Virus record (IMG/VR): IMGVR_UViG_2588254079_000001
Span: 2,998-66,997 of that record
Length of the DNA: 64,000 nucleotides
Direction: 5' to 3' (one strand)
Source: a virus
Lineage: Duplodnaviria; Caudoviricetes
Shown: positions 59,801 through 64,000 of the stretch, piece after piece
Layout: the number at the start of each line of letters is the position of its first letter
Position numbering within the stretch: position 1 is the stretch's first letter
The notes under the pieces: model-generated
Told to the model about the DNA's origin: nothing
Database searches by the model: none
Seen by the model: the letters and a program-made list of their open reading frames with translations, nothing else
Position numbers and translations under genes: made by a program

Positions 59801-60421
59801 CAGGTAGGGCGAAGCGTCAAAGGTATAGCTCTGTCCGGCTGTAACGCCCACAAACTCCGCATCCCGGAACTCACTGATGACGGTCGAACCGCGTTTCACG
59901 ATCACGCGGGCTTTCAGGTCGCTGTAGCCGTCCACCGTACCGCCACCGGCAGTGCCCACACCTACGGAGTATTTCACCACAAAGCCGCTGCCCAGTGCCA
60001 GATACTGCGAGGCGGGAAGTCCCGCACCGCCGCTGTCCGTCAGGTCGATGTTCACCACCACCTTGTCATCGTCCGTGTACTTGGAAAAGCGCACTTCCTT
60101 CGAGCTCTCGCCGCCCTGGTTGTCCTTCTGCTTGACGGTCATCACGTACTGGGTGCCGTCCTCGCTGTCCTGCACATCCACGTCCGTCACCGTACCCACC
60201 ATCGCATCGAACACCGTTCCGGATGTAGGAGGTTTCGTCTCGCCGCTCACCAGTTCCTCGGTAGGGGTACGGTTTGACAGTTCCTTCTTCAGGAACGCTT
60301 CGATGTCATCGCCTGCATAGGCATGATAGGTGCCGTCCGGCTGTTTCTGATTCCATGGTGTTTCAAGATTCATCGGATGTTCAGTCGCGTTGATGATTCC
60401 GCTTATTTTCCTTTTTGCCAT
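53870..60421 (-). CDS. Large phage tail/adhesin protein, DGR target
   Basis: 2183 aa; Ig-like, LamG-like, CotH-like and LRR-like stretches; C-terminal CLec-type region ending VVYRG...IGSRLAF contains the VR. Confidence 0.9.
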   Translation of the reverse strand: MAKRKISGIINATEHPMNLETPWNQKQPDGTYHAYAGDDIEAFLKKELSNRTPTEELVSGETKPPTSGTVFDAMVGTVTDVDVQDSEDGTQYVMTVKQKDNQGGESSKEVRFSKYTDDDKVVVNIDLTDSGGAGLPASQYLALGSGFVVKYSVGVGTAGGGTVDGYSDLKARVIVKRGSTVISEFRDAEFVGVTAGQSYTFDASPYLKDATAYTVQVEAQATYQDGTLMKTATAKVTMVAMELETTYSAGNGLADGGYKNDVNIPFTAKGTSGEKNIYYRVNGGQAFTLGLSAGSGVQQKNVTIPLTQMQEGTNVVEAYAQHENSGVVSRVHYITLLKAGGGVTAYAGLMFSHRAAGFQRDWKHPVLEAEQFTAWNFTYAGYDRDAYTARVKVTDRGSVVKEDLLQRGETGSYGRTNVNVEPLDYRVSCGDAVLEVQVNTTSHPDIEATLAPDAVCTFDAFGRSNTENNPASWVSGDKRMEFRDVLWSVNEYGAGSGWHKDRLLLASGAGMTLTADGGYRPFNEADKPEGFAIRDVGMTLEIEYSTANVTDTDAELITCLGQLDNGNRYGLIVTPEEAKFLTGVVTEAMDAGQVLRYEDSVGTKFQPGTNIRITYVFYPNVQTNEQRTLIGFYVNGEESAASKWLDKVNFDIQSQLEFKSAGADLNVKSVRIYNKALTSDEVLNNYIVDRNHLEDADGEPGVRSLDEDNRVLNEGDTVSMEKLMGLMKKRRNSILVLIGTGSVGSEVPSESDTLNVVDALAQLNDKKANKLVREVRFYNGEDRTLDFILTNVYVRIQGTSSVNYARKNFRFYFQKTASGWTVTLSYGEIDGNGRQKNPVVTTGKKNLFKLRRNSVGAKLACSKCDFSDSSMTTNTGGAKLINDGLKEMGLLTPAQRYAKDHGLEDDYRSAIDGLPCDLFVAKSADEDLTYYGQYNMNNEKSDSYPIFGQDETIGGEKWGEGDTLNYLEADEEGHKQYLPVCFETLNNSNPLCLFHWLPSTEPEHKDFMDYNFDGGLEFNHPKDTFWSDGGGDAEEEPNLKDHLGTGDKYDKMYKATDRMMSFVYRCVKETPAGRNMVYSTESHSFEGVDYEDDGDKFPTAKWQSDTFRKEAGKYFDLPHLIAYYLYVQFNLGVDQLAKNMLIRTWDGVKWSIDYYDGDCQLGSDNKSFLTGKYDDNRQTKRDGAYVMQGHNSWLWNLIVANCWDMIVEIMVSGWNGGASFMSAFSIQKAIDHFDTEQMKKWCSRLYNKSGIFKYIYPFLNEMPVGADGAKQTYPQIYGLKGSLKAHRNYFIQRRYDLKQVEYGYVSTLGAQFYQSTASLDKAYKLKPMQYRLTIPYRVQLSTSNGVQADSGVVDADVLHSLQLTRAFGENDPLKIIGAAKIKELVWHEDAFAIGFNFGLLTSLVKLDMSVEKASGYRNGSFMASTNGMLLLEEVNMRNNRLARNGDNGNVATLDLSWQGRLKKLDVRGTGLTRVKLATGAPVVQLCLPDTIEELFLEYLTKLSDSGLILEGINNVRGYRYTNCPGIDGFAMLERLHQARLNGSGKLERFVLEIDREDDGTLLKKYYDYGTYTQTGAVDDRHSGLRGKLTLTKYLADEELEKYAARYPELTIKQPPYTMIEFDDSVADDANVSNLDNKTGYKFGNTYKMSGHVNAILSKRHRVLAKVTKMPTSRKVEIAGQQVEVNNPDGEMTYFPLHDESSNFYADAEDMNDCTVAKLDGSEGDWMMYEPFYWSKGINDYLNNKKYACYSSYPEDEMPPVPEATVLTLDAIKETQGGWLGERKIMSGKPTLMESYTTDKAYSVCKVDVSGYRRVRFPSVPGTGLIGSVFADAEGNILKSIVVPTIGLKFEAGMYLIADVPERATALHFSILNTAEFDKVVLSNSDRIEDMEPEWVPNDEHLCAVVGSSVVGSKLRACITGGSTTASMTWADFHYYSVQRGMQQIDALMHSRIANLFYAKYGRRDSQEQCGAGSHTNNRTTGGTASRGMTDTIGYEEASSINPNVTNSLIENSVHQYAWYREKDDYGGATVTQVNNICCLGYEDIYGHKYDMMDGVDLPNDTGNSGKWRIWMPDGSTRLVKGSVSSGIWITAVAHGKYMDVIPVGSVSGSSSTNYCDIYYISTASSRVVYRGYSYAYPYGGVSMSYAYYDSSYTYASIGSRLAFRGRLVKASSAVAFKAISEVA
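53931..54048 (-). repeat. DGR variable repeat (VR)
   Basis: In-frame at the 3' end of the 2183-aa gene; ungapped match to the TR at offset 370. Confidence 0.96.
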
Positions 60422-60446
60422 AATACTGTCCTTTTATAATAATCAT

Positions 60447-60641
60447 TCATTTATCAGTTTTACTGCTACCGTTCCATGCGTCCGATCCGTTCCACGGCTC
60501 GTCGCCTTTCCAGTATCCAAGTCCGAAACAGCTGCTTATCGCAGACCACACCAGTCTTGCCCCGGCATAGACTGCCGACAGGGCACGTTTCCCCACATAC
60601 GCAGCCGTTATTTCCTTACCGCCTATGGTTATCATCGTCAA
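60447..60641 (-). CDS. Small phage tail-region protein
   Basis: 64 aa, YVG...VYAGARLVW; overlaps its neighbour by 4 nt. Confidence 0.75.
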   Translation of the reverse strand: MTMITIGGKEITAAYVGKRALSAVYAGARLVWSAISSCFGLGYWKGDEPWNGSDAWNGSSKTDK

Positions 60642-61357
60642 TCCTCCTCATAAATCAGATACAGCGTATTCGCATCCTTGTCCTGCAGCGCCTCGTAAGC
60701 TTCCCCGCTCATCACCTCATGCCGGTAGGCCAGCAGTCTCAGGCTGCCGCCTGTTCCGGTATATACGGCATCACCCAGCAGGTAGAGCTTGTCCGGCAGG
60801 ATGGCTGTCCGGTCCGCATTCATGAATATGCCGGCAGGAGGCACACCCGCCACATCCCAGTCCCCGTACAGGGTGGAGTCCATGTGGTAGGCGAACTTCC
60901 CGGCATCCGCTACATACACTACGCTGCCGCCCGGTTTGGTACTCTTGTCAGGTAAAACGTTGCCTGTTTCCATCCATGAGGAAAAGCGTGCGGTAGCCCC
61001 GCCGATGGCTGCTGCCGTAGTCTGTTCCACCTTGGCAGCGGCGTTTTCTGCCTTGGCTGCCGCTTCGTTGGCCTTGGTGGCCGCTTCCGTGGCGGCCTGG
61101 GTCTTTTCCTCCAGTCCGGCTACGGCTCCTTCCGCTTTCTTGGCGGCAGCCTCGGCACGGGCGGCGGCATCGCTCGCAGGCTTCCCTATCAGTTCCAGGG
61201 GGACGTTCACCATCTTGCCGTCCTTCTCCCCGGGCAGTGATTTCACACCGCTCAGCGAGGTGACGGTCTCCAAGTCCTCCACGCCGGTAGAACTCTGGAG
61301 TACACGGTCCAGCACTTCCTGAACCAGTTCTTCTTGTGTCATTTCTGCCATACTCAT
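60638..61357 (-). CDS. Phage tail-region protein with Ala-rich coiled coil
   Basis: AEAAAKKA repeats; C-terminal YEAL..KDANTLYLI motif typical of tail fibre parts. Confidence 0.75.
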   Translation of the reverse strand: MSMAEMTQEELVQEVLDRVLQSSTGVEDLETVTSLSGVKSLPGEKDGKMVNVPLELIGKPASDAAARAEAAAKKAEGAVAGLEEKTQAATEAATKANEAAAKAENAAAKVEQTTAAAIGGATARFSSWMETGNVLPDKSTKPGGSVVYVADAGKFAYHMDSTLYGDWDVAGVPPAGIFMNADRTAILPDKLYLLGDAVYTGTGGSLRLLAYRHEVMSGEAYEALQDKDANTLYLIYEED

Positions 61358-61641
61358 TCGTTTTTATCGGTTTCTGACCCGCCCAGGATTTCGTTCAGGG
61401 CATCTATCACATTGGGAAGACAATAGCGTTCCACCGCCATGTGTATCATCCCGGTTTCCTCATCGCTGAACTCGGTCTCGCCGGTACTCTCGAAAATCTT
61501 GAACGCAAGCCGATGGGCCTTGATGCCACTGACACGCGTATACAGCAAATCGGCTATCTGCTCACGTGCATCGAAAACCTCCCTCGTCTGACGGGTTATT
61601 CCGGTGGGAACGCTGAAATTCCTGAAATCTAACTTTTTCAT
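61354..61641 (-). CDS. Hypothetical phage protein
   Basis: 95 aa in a coupled operon. Confidence 0.75.
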   Translation of the reverse strand: MKKLDFRNFSVPTGITRQTREVFDAREQIADLLYTRVSGIKAHRLAFKIFESTGETEFSDEETGMIHMAVERYCLPNVIDALNEILGGSETDKNE

Positions 61642-61654
61642 ATATATCTGTTTT

Positions 61655-64000
61655 TTAGGATGAATGATTCAATATCTGGTAACGGAATCCGTCCGCTTTT
61701 GTAATAAGTACCGTTACGGAGTCCCCGGATGCCATCTCGTAGTTTTGCAAATCTTCATTGTGGTTATAGATACCTTTTAGTATGATATTCTTTGAACCGG
61801 GTCTGACCCTGAACGTGACAATGGCTGCAAAATCGGTAGGCAAGTAACTCATGCCGAACTTGTATGCCACAGAACTTTCCGACGGCAGCGTAACCTCTAC
61901 CTTACTGTAGTTGGGTTCATTGTAATACATCAAAATGATATTGTGTTGTGAGAAATCCACCGTGTAGTTTCCACTTCCGAAGGTAAGCAGCTTGGCTTTC
62001 GTATTGATAAACGCCGGGGCAAGTAATGCCGCATTGCTGCTGATACCGTAGTTCTTCGTACCGCCGGTAACATCTATAAACAATCCATAGTTCGCTTGGT
62101 CGAAGCCGTAATTCCCGTATATATTGGGGGCTGAGTTCACGATACGACCGACAGCGGTAAAAGCTCCTCCTGCAGAAGACGGTATCACATCATCACCGAA
62201 CATCACATATCCTTTGCTGCCGCCGACACGGAAAAAATCATCATAAATGGCAAGACCGCCACCGCTCCCGTGAGAGTCGGCCACAGAACCGATACGGCCG
62301 TTCGCTATCTCAAAGCCGCCGATTTTCCCTTTGCTGCTGTCTATCTCTCCGGTAAACTTACCGTTGGTCGTTTCAATGCTGCCGTCTTCCAGTATCTTGA
62401 AGTTGCCGTTGGCCGTTACCAGTCCCTCCAGCTGTATATGGTCGGCTGTCAGCTTGATTTTGCTCACGGTATTTCCGTACTCGTCCTCTTCCTCCACGCT
62501 CACCCCGATAAGGGCAATCTTTCCTGTATTGTCCTGCGCATACAGACCGGAACCTTCAGGCTTTATGACAAGCCCGGTCTCTTTCAGCGCATTACCGTCC
62601 TTGTCGAAGACCGCCGCTGAAATCTTTACCAGCCGGTCGCTCTGTTCGAACAGTGTACGGTACTTATAGGCCAGTGCGTCCGCCTTGTTGGTGCTGAACA
62701 CCAGCAGCGAAATGTAAATCACGCCCGTAAACGACAGCTTGAAGTCGCCAGTGCCGTTCCAAAGTCCGTCCAACGTGAACATCTTCTCACCGCCAACGGG
62801 CAGGTCCTCTTCATGGCCGAACATGTTGAAGTTCTCAAACCCGGTCTTATCAGCGTTCACAAATTCTATTTTCAACCTTCCGGCCTTGATAACCCGGTAG
62901 CTGAACGACAGATACACCACGCCGGGCACCCGTTCGCCCTGGCTGTTCGTCTGCCGGTACTCCGGTACCAGCCGGAAGTCCTCCAGTTTCTGCATGATAT
63001 AGCTGTTCCGGATATAGGCATAAGGCACCTTGCCGTCGGTCCGTATCTCGGCATGGCCGTCCGGCTTCGTACCGTAAGGACCGCCGTTCGCCCAGATCCA
63101 GCGTCCGCCCAGGGTGAACAGCGTAGCCTTGCTGCCCGTCTTCCATTTGTCCATGCCGTCGGCAAAACTGCTGTTGTCCAGATAACTCTGTTCTTCGCGT
63201 ATTTCCTTGCGCAAGCTTTCCACGGCTGAATGGATTTTCCCCTCGGTTATCTCAAACCGCGTCAGGATGTCCTCGCCCGTCATCAACACGAACGTACCCT
63301 TCAGCCACACGTTGTCGGCATACAGGCCGTTTCCTTTCGGCTGTTTGTCTGCCGGGAAAGCGCTGCTCCTGATGCCGTCCAGCTTACCCAGCCGGCAACG
63401 AAGGCAGCCGTTGAAGTTCTTGGCCTTCACACCGTCCAGAATGTCGATACGGGGCTGTCCGTCCTCCGTGGCCGCAATGGATATAAGGTTCTGCCGGAGC
63501 GGGGTTTCGGTGTTGCCCATCAGCACGCACTCATCGCCTGCCTCCGGCTTCACCCCGCCAAACTCGCTTACCGGGACCAGTACACCGCCGGCTATCACCG
63601 AAGCCACCTCCACCCAGTATGCTTTTAGTTTCTTACCACCCGTAACCGCACAGCGCATCAGGTCATGGGCCACAAAGCCCGATTCCTGCTCAAACACGAT
63701 GCGGTAGTTGTCGCCCTGCTTCACCACGTCCTTGATCTTGCCGTTGGCAGCGGACACCACCAGCTGGCCGCACACGCTGCGCACCTTCTCGATCAGCAGT
63801 TCCAGCGCCACCAGGCTTTGCCGGGCAGTCACTTTGTCCACCGTCAGGTTTGTCAGTCCGGTCAGCTGGTCAATCCACAGCTGCCAGCCCTCACCGGTCA
63901 GCCCGTCCACAAACTCCGTGCTGCGCAGCAGTTCGCGGATCACGGCAGTCAAGTATTCGGCATTGCCCTCACCATCCACGATGCCGCAGGGCTTGCCGCC
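61655..64000 (-). CDS. Phage tail/baseplate protein (5' end probably outside the window)
   Basis: Open frame to the window edge; IKLTADHIQLEG and GKIGGFEI beta-rich tail motifs. Confidence 0.8.
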   Translation of the reverse strand, partial: GGKPCGIVDGEGNAEYLTAVIRELLRSTEFVDGLTGEGWQLWIDQLTGLTNLTVDKVTARQSLVALELLIEKVRSVCGQLVVSAANGKIKDVVKQGDNYRIVFEQESGFVAHDLMRCAVTGGKKLKAYWVEVASVIAGGVLVPVSEFGGVKPEAGDECVLMGNTETPLRQNLISIAATEDGQPRIDILDGVKAKNFNGCLRCRLGKLDGIRSSAFPADKQPKGNGLYADNVWLKGTFVLMTGEDILTRFEITEGKIHSAVESLRKEIREEQSYLDNSSFADGMDKWKTGSKATLFTLGGRWIWANGGPYGTKPDGHAEIRTDGKVPYAYIRNSYIMQKLEDFRLVPEYRQTNSQGERVPGVVYLSFSYRVIKAGRLKIEFVNADKTGFENFNMFGHEEDLPVGGEKMFTLDGLWNGTGDFKLSFTGVIYISLLVFSTNKADALAYKYRTLFEQSDRLVKISAAVFDKDGNALKETGLVIKPEGSGLYAQDNTGKIALIGVSVEEEDEYGNTVSKIKLTADHIQLEGLVTANGNFKILEDGSIETTNGKFTGEIDSSKGKIGGFEIANGRIGSVADSHGSGGGLAIYDDFFRVGGSKGYVMFGDDVIPSSAGGAFTAVGRIVNSAPNIYGNYGFDQANYGLFIDVTGGTKNYGISSNAALLAPAFINTKAKLLTFGSGNYTVDFSQHNIILMYYNEPNYSKVEVTLPSESSVAYKFGMSYLPTDFAAIVTFRVRPGSKNIILKGIYNHNEDLQNYEMASGDSVTVLITKADGFRYQILNHSS

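Larger units (their letters stand above)
49263..64000 (-). mobile_element. Prophage (Hankyphage-like, probably transposable), one end plus modification, DGR and tail region
   Basis: Sharp junction in hsdM, higher GC, terminal short repeats, and gene order methylase-TS-HTH-RT-TR-tail genes; no transposase visible in this window. Confidence 0.8.

Noticed and set aside
54500-63707. Long + strand ORFs (e.g. 54500..55969, 56726..57874, 59204..60277)
   Set aside because: Antisense shadows of GC-rich tail genes with no recognisable motifs.
54049-64000. Second DGR target
   Set aside because: No further TR-like copy found by eye; one could lie outside the window.
1-64000. tRNA, rRNA or CRISPR arrays
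   Set aside because: None recognised by eye; dedicated scans were not run.

Overview
Bacteroidales-type accessory DNA (TAnnTTTG promoters, IntDOT-like integrase) made of nested mobile elements. (1) 1-~2820: terminus of a CTnDOT-family conjugative transposon with its integrase and att core. (2) ~2.8-19.9 kb: leading-region-like segment of a second conjugative element (ssb, LPD11, DUF1281-like, DUF4313-like and small hypothetical genes). Eight of its minus-strand genes sit behind a 220-330 bp fold-back with a promoter box on the 'wrong' strand, consistent with single-strand promoters; a MobV/OmpA/histone-H1-like/dead-resolvase module lies within it. (3) ~19.9-24.7 kb: remnant of another element with a decayed IS66 and a HEPN gene fragment. 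(4) 24.7-31.3 kb: 5'-truncated topB, a PRTRC ubiquitin-like cassette and an HTH excisionase. (5) 31.9-49.3 kb: defence island with a type I R-M system embedding a GIY-YIG gene and a tandem DUF262 pair, an HsdR with a probable HEPN tail, and a WYL-headed CBASS (HNH-SAVED, CD-NTase, E2 only). (6) ~49.26-64 kb: end of a Hankyphage-like prophage inserted in hsdM. It carries an adenine methylase, a thymidylate-synthase homologue with the dCMP-type Asp, a probable structured ncRNA and a complete-looking diversity-generating retroelement (RT, TR, VR in a 2183-aa tail protein). All assignments come from reading motifs by eye; no searches were run.
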